From the IMG/VR virus record IMGVR_UViG_3300024520_000066, positions 1,745-65,744 of that record: a stretch of 64,000 bases of DNA; one strand, written 5' to 3'. The number at the start of each line of letters is the position of its first letter. Within the stretch, counting starts at the first letter, position 1. The notes below the pieces were generated by a model. The model did no database searches, was not told where the DNA came from, and saw nothing but the letters and a program-made list of their open reading frames with translations. This stretch comes from a virus. Its lineage: Duplodnaviria; Caudoviricetes. The translations under genes and the position numbers were made by a program. Of this stretch, positions 1 to 11,100 are shown in pieces.

Positions 1-67
1 CCACATTAACTACTCTCCCGTTGTTCTTTACAAGAACTTTAGGAGTGAGTATAGAAATCTATTTAAG

Positions 68-304
68 ATGGTTAATGATATTGCGGGTGAAAATAAGTGT
101 GAAGTAATATTTATGACAAACCACCCTTTGCAAATGGAAAAAGCTAGTGGAGAAGCGATGGAAGTAATGCAGTATTCTAACGAGGTTAAAAACAAATCAG
201 GAGTTATGAGATATCCGTTAGAATTAAAAAGAAAAGCAATAGGTATATTCAAAGAAGAATATTCCGAGTTGTTTGATGTAAAATCAATAAGATATATATT
301 TTAA
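68..304 (+). CDS. hypothetical phage protein, probably the 3' part of a gene starting before the window
   Basis: ORF at the window edge, co-oriented with downstream genes. Confidence 0.45.
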   Translation: MVNDIAGENKCEVIFMTNHPLQMEKASGEAMEVMQYSNEVKNKSGVMRYPLELKRKAIGIFKEEYSELFDVKSIRYIF

Positions 305-326
305 ATTAATTAAAAAAAAATAAATT

Positions 327-671
327 ATGGGAAGATATTATGACGGAGACATAAACGGAAAGTTTATGTTAGCAGTACAATCAAGTAGTGCAGCAGACAG
401 ATTTGGTTCAGAAGGACACAACAATTATTTAGAGTATTACTTTAACGAGGAACACCTACCTACAATAAAGGAAGAGTTATCAATATTAAAACCTGCATGG
501 GAAAAAGTAACAGAGTTTTTTAAGGATAGAAACTCATGGACTACTGAACAACAAGAAGAGGCAGGAATAAGTACTCAAGAAATGAGTGATTATGCTGATT
601 ACTGTTTAGGCAAGCAGATAAAAGAATGTGTCGAAGAATATGGGGAATGTCGTTTTAATGCAGAAATGTAA
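327..671 (+). CDS. hypothetical phage protein
   Basis: 114-aa ORF with A-rich leader; stop overlaps next start (TAATG). Confidence 0.7.
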   Translation: MGRYYDGDINGKFMLAVQSSSAADRFGSEGHNNYLEYYFNEEHLPTIKEELSILKPAWEKVTEFFKDRNSWTTEQQEEAGISTQEMSDYADYCLGKQIKECVEEYGECRFNAEM

Positions 672-1759
672 TGGCGATACAAGATCATAACCTAAAGTTA
701 ACGGAACAACAGTACAGAGACTTAGAGATACCATCTTATTCAATGCTGTCTAGTATAGACAAACAAGGATTAGATGTAGTTGGAGGAGTAAAGCAGAGTT
801 TTAATCTTAAATTTGGAAACTTAGTTGATGTAATGTGTTTTGAACCTGACAGAGTTGATGAAATATTTCATAAAGGAATATCTCCAAAACCACCAACAAC
901 AAATGTTAAGAATATTTGTGATCTTATATTAGGTCAATTGGACGGGAAAGAAGGTGAAATAGCCCCAAATGTTACCCCGTTCAGAAGAAAAGAAAAGAAA
1001 ATATCTTCTAAACTTTCTGATTATTCTGATGAAATACTAGCTGCAGCCATAAGATTGAAAGTCTATAAAGGATATACAGATCCAAAGACAATTGAAACAG
1101 TTGTTAGTACTGGTTCTGAATATTTTAAAGACAAAATTAAATCTAGAGGAAAGGTTTTAATAAAACCTGATATGTGGGATCACGCTACTATTACAGCAAA
1201 TACATTATTGTCACATCCATTTACTGCAAAATACTTTGCAAAAGGTGTTCCGGGAATTGAAATTATATATCAATATAAATTCGATACAAAGGTTGCAGGT
1301 ATGAGATGTAAAGGAATGCTTGATTGTGTTGTGATTAATCATAACCAGAAATTAATATTTCCAATAGATTTAAAGACAGGTGAACAACCCTGTAAAGATT
1401 TTCCAATGTTATATACTTTACTCAAGTATTACATTCAAGGTGGTCTTTATAGAGAAGCTCTAAAAACTATTGTTGATAATGATTTTGATCTCATGGGTTA
1501 TGACGTTAAACCATTTGAGTTTGTTTATATCTCTAAATTAAATCCAATGAAACCAATGAGGTTTTTAGTTACCGAGGAAATGCATACAGCATCTTTGAAT
1601 GGATTTGTTGATAGATATGGATATGCTCACACTGGAGTAATTGACCTTTTGGACAGTTACTATTATAGCGTCCAAAACAATAATGCAGAATACACTCAGA
1701 AAGAGATAGATTCTAAAGGATTAATTGAGCTTAAGTTTAATGAAATAACTGGAAAATAA
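671..1759 (+). CDS. PD-(D/E)XK family nuclease (RecB/ExoVIII-like)
   Basis: Motifs KGMLDCVV...PIDLKTG and YYIQGGLY (QxxxY). Confidence 0.8.
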   Translation: MAIQDHNLKLTEQQYRDLEIPSYSMLSSIDKQGLDVVGGVKQSFNLKFGNLVDVMCFEPDRVDEIFHKGISPKPPTTNVKNICDLILGQLDGKEGEIAPNVTPFRRKEKKISSKLSDYSDEILAAAIRLKVYKGYTDPKTIETVVSTGSEYFKDKIKSRGKVLIKPDMWDHATITANTLLSHPFTAKYFAKGVPGIEIIYQYKFDTKVAGMRCKGMLDCVVINHNQKLIFPIDLKTGEQPCKDFPMLYTLLKYYIQGGLYREALKTIVDNDFDLMGYDVKPFEFVYISKLNPMKPMRFLVTEEMHTASLNGFVDRYGYAHTGVIDLLDSYYYSVQNNNAEYTQKEIDSKGLIELKFNEITGK

Positions 1760-2310
1760 TGAAAGATACATATAAAGTTAATATTCTAAGAAATAAAAGC
1801 TTAACTTATATGCTGCCTCTTGTTGATGCCGAGCTTAAGCTTGATTTTGATAATTACTTATTAAACTGCTATGTTTCATTTGAGAAAAATGATGAAACAT
1901 TCTGTTTAATGTATTCCTGGTCTAGTAATCCTGCATTTCTAAAATACGAAGGTAAGCTCATGAGCCACCCTATGTATATTGGACATGCAGATTTCGGAGA
2001 AAAAGTTGTTTATAAGTTTCAATTAACTCATGTTATGAAATTAGAAAGACAGCTTTTTTTAGAAGGCAGGTATAAAGAGTTCTCAGAAAAACACAAAAAA
2101 ACAATACTTGATTATATTAAATCTAAAGGTTTTAATAATTATTCTAGGATAAATAAAATATTAGACAAGAATGATGAATTGAAATCTGATGCGCCAGATA
2201 GTATTGCTGAATGCGTTTCTGATCAGGTAAGTATATTAATAATTAATAGAGAAAACATATTCGATGAAAGTAATATTGAAACCAGTCCCAGGGAGAAAGG
2301 ATCATTTTAG
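1759..2310 (+). CDS. hypothetical phage protein
   Basis: 183-aa ORF coupled to the nuclease gene (TAATG). Confidence 0.7.
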   Translation: MKDTYKVNILRNKSLTYMLPLVDAELKLDFDNYLLNCYVSFEKNDETFCLMYSWSSNPAFLKYEGKLMSHPMYIGHADFGEKVVYKFQLTHVMKLERQLFLEGRYKEFSEKHKKTILDYIKSKGFNNYSRINKILDKNDELKSDAPDSIAECVSDQVSILIINRENIFDESNIETSPREKGSF

Positions 2311-2384
2311 TCTAAAAATTGGAAGACATGATTTGGGAATAAGAGAAAGAAGTGAATTACGTAAAATAATCCAAGACATAGATA

Positions 2385-2933
2385 ATGGAATCTAAGGTTG
2401 CAGAATTACGCATGATTTTAAATTTAATTGAAGATTTTTATGGATTTTCTTTAAAGAAATCAGGAAGAAGGCAAGACTTAATATATGCTAGAAAGGTTTA
2501 TGTTAAGATTGCAAGAGATAGAAATCACACATTTCAATCTATTGGAGATATGTTGGAAATGAATCACGCAACAATTCTCCATCACTACAATAGTTTTAAT
2601 GTTGTGCAAAAAGCTGATATAGATGCTTACAATAAGGCTATATATGTTCTTAAAAAATCTGAAAATGAGAATAGACTTATTCTAGGATTTAATCCAGATG
2701 AACAAAGAGATATGATAGATCTTATTGAGACAAAAATAGAGGCTAAATATGATTCTGAAATAAAAATTCTTAAATTTGAACTTGAACAACTAAGGAATGA
2801 GAAAAGAGATATTGGCAGATTAAAGCCAATGCTTGAACTTATTAAAAATTGGTCAGATGACGAGCTTAAAAATTGTATTGATTTTAGAATAAAACCATAC
2901 GCTCAAGCTTTAAAAAGCAGAGTATATATATAA
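2385..2933 (+). CDS. DnaA C-terminal (domain IV)-like HTH protein with coiled-coil tail
   Basis: ARKVYVKIAR...TFQSIGDMLEMNHATILHHY resembles the DnaA motif SLxxIGxxxxxDHxTVxH. Confidence 0.6.
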   Translation: MESKVAELRMILNLIEDFYGFSLKKSGRRQDLIYARKVYVKIARDRNHTFQSIGDMLEMNHATILHHYNSFNVVQKADIDAYNKAIYVLKKSENENRLILGFNPDEQRDMIDLIETKIEAKYDSEIKILKFELEQLRNEKRDIGRLKPMLELIKNWSDDELKNCIDFRIKPYAQALKSRVYI

Positions 2934-2946
2934 TTAGAAATAGGTG

Positions 2947-2977
2947 TGCAGTTTTGGAATATAATTCCGAAACTGTA
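2947..2977 (+). terminator. intergenic hairpin, possible terminator
   Basis: TGCAGTTTTGGAAT-ATA-ATTCCGAAACTGTA stem followed by T-rich sequence. Confidence 0.45.
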
Positions 2978-3011
2978 TATCTTTTATTATTAACATTAAA
3001 TTTTAAATCAC

Positions 3012-3479
3012 ATGATATTTAAAAGAAAAGATGCTAAGCCTGTTGGCGTTGGTACAATTTGTAAAATAAAAGAAAGTGTTATTTCAAAAATGACACAAGA
3101 AGAGAGTTATATAAATAACTCTGTTTCAAAAAAAATAGAAGATATTGACGGATTCATAAGCAGAAGAGATTTGAGAAAAAATTTATCTCAGAATCAAGTT
3201 ATGATTGAAGATGCAGAACTTGTATATGTTGGATTTAATAGTGTTTTTGGAAAAGATATAGTTGAAGTTGTTCCGTTAAAAATAAAAAGAGATTCTTATT
3301 CGCATGCAGTAAGGCATCTTCTTGGAAGTAGAAAAAAATTTTTAATGAAAAAAGACTCATTATCTTTGGTTAGTCATCAAGAAATTCTTAAATTTGTTGA
3401 AAACAATGATTATATTTTAAAAAATTTTATAACTAGAACTTTAATAGAAGACTATGGTTTAACTGATTTTTCTTTGTAA
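3012..3479 (+). CDS. hypothetical phage protein
   Basis: 155-aa ORF. Confidence 0.65.
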   Translation: MIFKRKDAKPVGVGTICKIKESVISKMTQEESYINNSVSKKIEDIDGFISRRDLRKNLSQNQVMIEDAELVYVGFNSVFGKDIVEVVPLKIKRDSYSHAVRHLLGSRKKFLMKKDSLSLVSHQEILKFVENNDYILKNFITRTLIEDYGLTDFSL

Positions 3480-3524
3480 TGGGACATCAAATAACATTAT
3501 TGGAGATGATAAAAAAATGCGAAG

Positions 3525-3845
3525 ATGAGCAACAAAATAAAATTAACTCCAAGACAAAGGCAAATACAGAAGCAGAAGGATGAATATGAGGTGCGTAGAA
3601 GATTCTACCACCGAAATTGGGACGCAATGAAATGGTGCAATAAACAGGGGTTAACAATTTATGCAGCATCTCAGTCCCATAATAGCTCCATGGTCAAAAT
3701 ATTTGTCCAAAAAGGAGTTCCTTTTAAACCTCTGAATAACATAGAATATGATCAAAATGAGCCAAATGATATAATCAGATATACTGCCGCAATAGATGCA
3801 GAGTATGAAAGATTATACCTTAAAATGAAGGATAGAGTAAAGTGA
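3525..3845 (+). CDS. hypothetical phage protein
   Basis: 106-aa ORF, last gene of the + strand block. Confidence 0.65.
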   Translation: MSNKIKLTPRQRQIQKQKDEYEVRRRFYHRNWDAMKWCNKQGLTIYAASQSHNSSMVKIFVQKGVPFKPLNNIEYDQNEPNDIIRYTAAIDAEYERLYLKMKDRVK

Positions 3846-3915
3846 ATTAATACAACGTAGATGCGATGTTAAAGAAATTAATTTGGTGATTTGAATTAAT
3901 GTTATGTTATGCAAC

Positions 3916-3952
3916 AAGCCCTTATCAGTATATCTGGTAAGGGCTTTTTTTT
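3916..3952 (+). terminator. intrinsic terminator where the two gene blocks converge
   Basis: GCCCTTATCAG-TATAT-CTGGTAAGGGC followed by T8. Confidence 0.8.
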
Positions 3953-3990
3953 GCTATCCTTCTTTAAGTTTTTTTTTACCTACGAAGGCT

Positions 3991-6900
3991 CTACATGTTC
4001 ATAGTTCTCAAGAAATCCAAAGACTCTCTAAAGTCTTCTATGTTTTTAAATCTAGGTAATAACTTTTTAGCTTTATGCTTAAGCTTAAGTTCATCTTTAT
4101 ATGGCCCAACTTTATATCTTTCTCCCCATGTCCAAGGAGTCATATAATTCATAGTCTTAAATATCTGTTTAAAGTTACCAACAGCAGCCGTAGGAGTTTG
4201 AGCAATTTTAAATGCTTCTACTGGATTTAAAAATGTTGTTAATTCTGATTGTTGTCTTCTCAACAAATACGCTAAGAATATATCTTCATCATCAATATCT
4301 CCATCTCCTTCTAGAATACCATAAGCAATTGTTATCATTGTCATAAACGCAACATCAGCTAATGTTTTTCTAACACCTGCGCGCTGCTTAGGAGTTAATT
4401 CTTTCCAACTTTTAGCAACATTAATGCCGTCTTCTCTAGCGTCATTTATAAGCTTAGATAAAAATCTTGCAGTAGATATATAATATCCTTCCATGTGTTC
4501 TTTTTGATCTGCAGAATAAAACAAATCTGCTTCAGAAAGTTCAGCATCGGATGGCTTAAATGAAGTTGTAATACCTCTGAATCTACGTAAATAACCTGGT
4601 ATCATCCATTTTCTTAAGAAGAATCCCATTTTACCTAACATATATCTTTGTGCATGAGCTTGAATATCATTGGTATATTGTCCGTGTAATTCATCAACTT
4701 TACTTCTGATAAGGTTTCTAGTTTCAAGAAGAATTGCTTCCTGTCCTCCACCAGTTGTGAATGATGTATTTTGAACTTTAGAATCTAATACCATTTCTTG
4801 ACCTCCTTTAGCATTTGTTTTAAATGAAATCATTTGGTCAAGAGAAGCTGCTTTGCTTTTGTTATCAACAACATTTCCTGCTGAGTCTATCCATTGTCCT
4901 TTATCATTTTGAGCTTTAATAGAACTCAATACAGAGTACATAACTTTTCCTTGCATCATGTGTTCGCCAGAGTTTGATAGTGGGCGTAATGAATCTTGAT
5001 TCATTAATCCCTCCATTCTAGTCCCTGCTTCAAATCTTGAATTAAGATTGCTTGGCCCCATTGTATTAAAGTTTGACATCAATAAATTAGTTCTTGATGT
5101 CTTAACATTAGCACCAAAATCAGCCATTATATTCTTAAGGTCAAAACTATAAAGCTGTTGCGCTCTTTTATAATCTTTAAGATTATAAATATCACCACCA
5201 ATTGCTTCTATAAGATTTGAAAATGTACCAGTAAATGTATTCACAATACTGTTAGCATAGTTAAATACAAGTGATACAGTACCAAAATACTTTAATCCAG
5301 CTTTTACTACTTGTTGAGTCTCTACAGTTTTACCTGCTACTTTAAAACCACCCGCTTGTTTTGTTGTAATACTATAAAGTCTATTCTCAATCATTGATAA
5401 AGCTTTTTCATACTCTTTAGATTTAGATCCGCTAGTCCATAAAGGCAATCCAGTTTGAGCATCAATTTTTTGCTTACCAGATACAGAATCTAATACAGGA
5501 TATTTCTTTTCAGCCATAGTCTCTGTTATAATTAAAAGAGTTGACTCTATTGATTTCTTTTCCTCAAAATTCTTAGCCATTATAGAATTTAAAAGCCCTA
5601 TTGTATGTAGGTCAAATGATTGGTCTGATTCATTAAGTTTAGCTCTATATGGTCTAGGAAGCCTTAATGTTTCACCTTCTTTAAAATTAGTGTATGTTTG
5701 GACATCAAAGTCATCTTTCTGAGTTTCAACCAATCTACTTATAGCATTCTTACCCATAGTTGCTATTGATTGACCTTCAGCAATTCTTGAAGCTCCACTT
5801 TTCATAATTCCAGGTAATCTCATAAATTCAGCAGCTCGGTAAGTTTCTATAATAGAATCATTTTTCTCATACCTTTTATCAGCAATTCTGTTATTTTCCA
5901 TTAATCTTTCAAGCTCAGCTTTCTTTTTAGGCTGAGTCTGTAATTTATCCCATACAGGATTTTTCCAAACTTTATGTGGAACACTTCTAGTTACAGTGTA
6001 TCCATTTTTATTTACATATTGCTGTTGTTCAGTATTTAATTTTAACCAGACATTCATCTCGCTTCTTGCAATTGCTTCATTTAATGATATTGTATTTCTC
6101 TTATTATTCTTCATTTTATAAGAGACATGCATTGGTCTTTCACCATCTTTTAAGCTATCAATACCCTCTATTTGAATTTCATTCCCTCCTGCAATTGTAA
6201 GTTTTCTTTTTGAAGTTTTACCAGTCACCGGGTCGGGAATTGTAGATTCATAATGAAAAGATACAACACCATTCTTATCTGTTACTTTCTCGACTTTGAC
6301 ATCTTTATATTTTTCATCATAAATATCTGAGTCCCCAGCTTCTCTTTGAAGTTCATTCTTTTTCTCTATGAATTCAGGCTTAAACTCAGTAGTATAATAA
6401 GCTATCCCGCTTTCAGATACAGTAAACATGTCTTCATATTTCTTCTTCATGTTTCTAGCATTAGATACATTTTCTCTAAATTCTTTATGAGCCTTATCTT
6501 CAGCAGTAGCTTCTTCAATTGAGTATTTTTCAATATTACTAGAAGCCTGGTCAAGCATTTTAGATATTAATTGAATATCTTTAGCTTTCATTTCTTTTTC
6601 TGACAAAAGTTGCATAGATAACCCACTCATTTTTGTAAGAGATGTTTCTGCTCTTTCTTCAGCTAGTTGTAATTTTCTATCTTCTATTTCATCTTTATTC
6701 TCTTGCATTTTAGCTAAGACATACTCTCCTTCTTGTCTTCCATCACCACCAATTTTTTGAAGATCCTCCCAGTCTTTTTTAAATCCAAGTTTGTATTGCT
6801 CTTCAGTTTCAGTATCATGCTTAGCTAGTAATTCAGAATATACTTTTCTTGAACCCTGTAAAAGCTTTGCATCTATATTTGCTTTAATACCATTAAGCTC

Positions 6901-8100
6901 AATCATTGAGTTTCTAAGAGTTTTAGACTCTTCTTCAGTGAGAAAATCTGAGTCTTTTATTTCCTCTGCCAACGCGCTTATATCTTCCAGTATAGTGAAT
7001 GAGGCTGCCCAGTCATAAGCTTTTCTTAAAGTATCTGCACCAAGTTCACCTTGTTCTGATCTTATATCAAGAGTTGATTCCATAAAATATAACTCTCCTC
7101 TGGCCCAATCAATATACTTGATAAATCCTAATTTTTTGTCAGTCTTATCAAACTCATTTAACTCATCTTGAAGCTCTTTAATAGATCCAAGTCTAGTTTT
7201 CTTTCCTATTTTACCTAACTTCCTTGCATTTACATTTTCTTTTTTCTGAGCAGCTTTTGATGTTATTTTAGAAGATTGATTTTTATATACCTTTGTTATG
7301 GTTGCTAATAATTTTTTATATTTATCTTCTACTTTTTGTTCTAAAGTTTTTAATCCTTTTGAAGCTTCAGTTTGATTTTCATCAGCTTTTTCTTTATTAA
7401 CAAATATAGGTTTTAATTGTTGAGCTATTTCTTCTATTTTTGTAACATCTACAGCTTTCACCTTATTGTTTAGAAGTTCTTTTGATAACAATACAACTTC
7501 GCTTCTTTCAAGACCAAATGTTCTTCTTATAAAATCTGCAAACCAAGCAATAAATGATTCCCAAGAATTTCTCTTTTGTTCATCTGCCCATATTTCAGAT
7601 CCTTCTCTACCTATTGCTGTAACGAGTATTTCTTTGTGAAGCATGTCTTCTGATAATTCAGGATACAAAGCTTCAACTTCCGCCCACAATTCAGTATCTC
7701 TTAATTCATTAAGAGCTTTTTGAATTCTCTTATTCTGAAGCCCTCCTGGAAACGAGTCTATGAATACGTGTCCAAATTCATGTATTGCAGTAGTTTTGAA
7801 TAACTGATTAGGGTTAATTACAATTACAGGTTTGCCAGCAGCTTTAGTTCTTGGATCATTTTTTCCTAGAACTCTTGAGCTTTCAATATTTTCGTCATAA
7901 ATAACCTCAACATTCATTGTTTTCTTAAGAGCTTCAACCTTTTGATCAAAAGTTGCTCTCTGTTCTCTCTCGTAATCAGTTCCTTCTCTCTCTTCCTGAG
8001 ACTTAAAAGACTCTACAAGTTCAATATTTGTTGATAATACTTGAATGAGTTGGGCCTCTGTTAAGACCATATCCTCATATTTATACATTTTACAATTCAT
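3991..8100 (-). CDS. large crAss-like virion cargo protein with N-terminal zincin-like HExxH motif
   Basis: 1369 aa, TAIHEFGHVF motif, directly downstream of the vRNAP gene as in crAss-like phages. Confidence 0.75.
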   Translation of the reverse strand: MNCKMYKYEDMVLTEAQLIQVLSTNIELVESFKSQEEREGTDYEREQRATFDQKVEALKKTMNVEVIYDENIESSRVLGKNDPRTKAAGKPVIVINPNQLFKTTAIHEFGHVFIDSFPGGLQNKRIQKALNELRDTELWAEVEALYPELSEDMLHKEILVTAIGREGSEIWADEQKRNSWESFIAWFADFIRRTFGLERSEVVLLSKELLNNKVKAVDVTKIEEIAQQLKPIFVNKEKADENQTEASKGLKTLEQKVEDKYKKLLATITKVYKNQSSKITSKAAQKKENVNARKLGKIGKKTRLGSIKELQDELNEFDKTDKKLGFIKYIDWARGELYFMESTLDIRSEQGELGADTLRKAYDWAASFTILEDISALAEEIKDSDFLTEEESKTLRNSMIELNGIKANIDAKLLQGSRKVYSELLAKHDTETEEQYKLGFKKDWEDLQKIGGDGRQEGEYVLAKMQENKDEIEDRKLQLAEERAETSLTKMSGLSMQLLSEKEMKAKDIQLISKMLDQASSNIEKYSIEEATAEDKAHKEFRENVSNARNMKKKYEDMFTVSESGIAYYTTEFKPEFIEKKNELQREAGDSDIYDEKYKDVKVEKVTDKNGVVSFHYESTIPDPVTGKTSKRKLTIAGGNEIQIEGIDSLKDGERPMHVSYKMKNNKRNTISLNEAIARSEMNVWLKLNTEQQQYVNKNGYTVTRSVPHKVWKNPVWDKLQTQPKKKAELERLMENNRIADKRYEKNDSIIETYRAAEFMRLPGIMKSGASRIAEGQSIATMGKNAISRLVETQKDDFDVQTYTNFKEGETLRLPRPYRAKLNESDQSFDLHTIGLLNSIMAKNFEEKKSIESTLLIITETMAEKKYPVLDSVSGKQKIDAQTGLPLWTSGSKSKEYEKALSMIENRLYSITTKQAGGFKVAGKTVETQQVVKAGLKYFGTVSLVFNYANSIVNTFTGTFSNLIEAIGGDIYNLKDYKRAQQLYSFDLKNIMADFGANVKTSRTNLLMSNFNTMGPSNLNSRFEAGTRMEGLMNQDSLRPLSNSGEHMMQGKVMYSVLSSIKAQNDKGQWIDSAGNVVDNKSKAASLDQMISFKTNAKGGQEMVLDSKVQNTSFTTGGGQEAILLETRNLIRSKVDELHGQYTNDIQAHAQRYMLGKMGFFLRKWMIPGYLRRFRGITTSFKPSDAELSEADLFYSADQKEHMEGYYISTARFLSKLINDAREDGINVAKSWKELTPKQRAGVRKTLADVAFMTMITIAYGILEGDGDIDDEDIFLAYLLRRQQSELTTFLNPVEAFKIAQTPTAAVGNFKQIFKTMNYMTPWTWGERYKVGPYKDELKLKHKAKKLLPRFKNIEDFRESLDFLRTMNM

Positions 8101-8106
8101 AATATC

Positions 8107-11100
8107 TTATTTACAGGATATCTTCTTATCCTCTATTATTTGACTTAGGTTTTGTTTGATTACATTGTAATCAGATAATTGAGCCTCTTTAGAAAGGTTA
8201 TATGCTACTGGGTCAAATTTCTTAGCATTGTTATCTTTAAAAGTCTCTTCCATTCTCATAATAGATTCAACTTTTTCCTGAACTTTTAATTTATCTAATA
8301 TAGGCACATTATTTGATTCAACCTTAGATTCAGTTATATTTACACCTTTTTCATATTCAAATGTCTTATATTTTCCTTCAGATGTTCCAAGCTTAAATGT
8401 TCTTGCATAAACTGGGACTCTCATCTTCTGTCCATTAGCATCTTCACGGGATACAGTTCCAACTCTTTCAAACAGAAAAGTATCTCTACCCCATCTACCA
8501 TTTACAAATTTAGGAAAAGTTCCGTCATCTGAGCCAAATTCTTGACTTTTATTTTTAGCAGGTTTGTAAATAAATGCATATTGGTCACCTTGCATCTTCT
8601 GAATTTTCAATGTCTTCACTACTTTCCCGTTATCAGAACTATGTCTTTGGAATTGATCGACGAAATATTCATCAGTGGTCATCTCGTCAGCCTTAGCAAT
8701 TGCATCTCTTATTTCTCCACTCATATTAAAGTCTTTTAATATTTGATGTGGAATATGAGTAAAAAATTGAGAAAGATTATTTTGGAATCCTGAACTTAAA
8801 AATGCATATCTTGCAAGATCTATTGCAAATTTTCTATCAGGATGTATGTTTTCCATATCTAATGAACCATCTTCTTTATAATTATAAGATTCATACAAAT
8901 CCATCCATCCTCTATAAATTTGATTTTGATAATACGTTGGTTTATTCTTATTATTTATGCCTACGTATTGCTTATTTTTATATGTACCAAACTCAAACTC
9001 CTCTATTAAGAAGTTTCTTTCTGCAGTTCCATCAGATATAGCTAATTGTCTTTTCTGTATTTCAAGAGGCACATTTGTTGTAAGAACATCATATCTTTTA
9101 TTGTTGTTTTTAAACAAAGTAATACCGGACATTATATAAGAATAAAAAGCTCCATTGACAGATCTTCCAAGCTCTTCATCTGTTAATAACTTTCCATTTG
9201 CTGTTTCATTTGAAATATTATTAAAAGTATCAATAGCTCCTTGAGTCCCTGATAAAAATAAATTAGAAGCTTTCACTACATCTCTTACAAAATTCAAAGT
9301 ATTGTCTCGATAAGTACCAAGCATAGTTCCTTCAAATTTAGCTTCATATCCTACAAGTTTCTTAGATTTATCTTTTTCTGTAAGTATTTTTGTGATTTTA
9401 TTCTCATTGATTTGTCTTTCAATATTGCTACCTCCCGCACCTGCAGTGTCTGATTTAGCAGCTATCACTCCTTCAGAGAATAATTTAGCTTTATCTTTAA
9501 GAAATATCCAAGCTTTTAAAACTTCATAATCTAAATTTGGATCTGTTTTATCTGCTCTTATATTTGCTTCTAATTCAGACTCAGTTAAAGCTGCTACATT
9601 CTTACCAGTTACATTATTTCCTATTGGAGGGAAGCCATATTTATCAAGTATTTTTTCTAATGGAGATGCTTTTTCACCTGAAACCTCAACTCCTTTAGCA
9701 GTAATACTCATTTGTTCTTGTTGCAATTGAACAAGTTCTTTTAATATTGGTTGACCTATAAATCTATTTACCCATTTCATATCAACACCTGCTCTTAATA
9801 ACATAAACGTTGTATTAGCAGTAATTGAATTATGATTTGCTCTAGCTATATAAGGGTCTTTTGCAATATCAACATACGCGTTTAAGAATGCAGATAGATT
9901 ATCAGCAATTGAATTAGATCCTGTTGTTTCACTATCAAAGAAAGTAACTAGTTTCTTTTCTCCTTTTCTTTTACCAGAGGTTATTTCAACTTCTTTCTGG
10001 TTTCCAATACCAATCCATGAATCAAATCTTACGTTAAGGGATTGATTCATTACATGGTCAACAAGGTGATTAGCTGTTTGTCCAACACCCATTTTACCAG
10101 ATAAGTACTCACTTTTAGTCTCAAGCTGAGTAAGAGGAGAGAATAATTCCATATTCTTCATTACAGGAGCTTCAAACAGTCCTTTAACTCCTTTCTTCTT
10201 ATTACCTACAATATCATCTTTTAATTGCGCTCCATCAATAGACCTCATCATAGAGTCATACGTTAATGGAGAGTTTAATACAGACTTGTATAATGACACA
10301 AGCTCGTTCTGAGCCAACATCTTTTCAATCTGGGCTTCTGATACCTGATTGCCATTATCGTCAACTGCTAAGTGTTTATTTTCAGCCGTGAGCTTTGTTA
10401 GACGCATTATCTCTGGGTCATATACCAGATTGTTTTGCATTGCAAATAATTTGTCAATATCAAAGTCACTACCTGTTTTAGCAGGAAGACCATCGTACAC
10501 CACAATACTATCTCCAACTCCAGGAGGTAACACACCAACAATCTGAAGGTAGTCATTAGATGACATCCCTTGGTTAGGAATACGATAAGTTATCAATTCT
10601 AATGCGCTAGGGTCTAATAAAGCCATTGCGGAAGCAAGATCTTTACCTTCTAAACTTATTTTATGCTTATCAAGAAGCTTCATTGCTTGAGTATGAGGTA
10701 TAAAAGCCTGTCCTGGTAATACTTTTCCATTCTCAATACGAGGAGGAAGTAAACCTTCATTATTATAAGCATCAGATACAATTGTTATTCCAGAATCCTC
10801 ACCTACTTTTTCTAATCCAAATGGAGATACCTGAATAAAACTACCACCTTGAGTGCTAATTTTAGTCATTTTTCTATTCATTATAGACATGAATATGCTT
10901 TCTACTTTTCCTTTTATTTGAGGAATAGCATCAAATGGCATTTGTTTCCTAAGAGCATCAATTACATTCTCATTTCCACCTCTATCAGTAAATTCTTCTA
11001 TTAATGCATTGTAAATGTATTGCTTATCACTAATGACATTATTTTCATCAATACCAAAAGCTTTCTTTATTTCATCTTTACCTAAATTAGACAACTTGGA

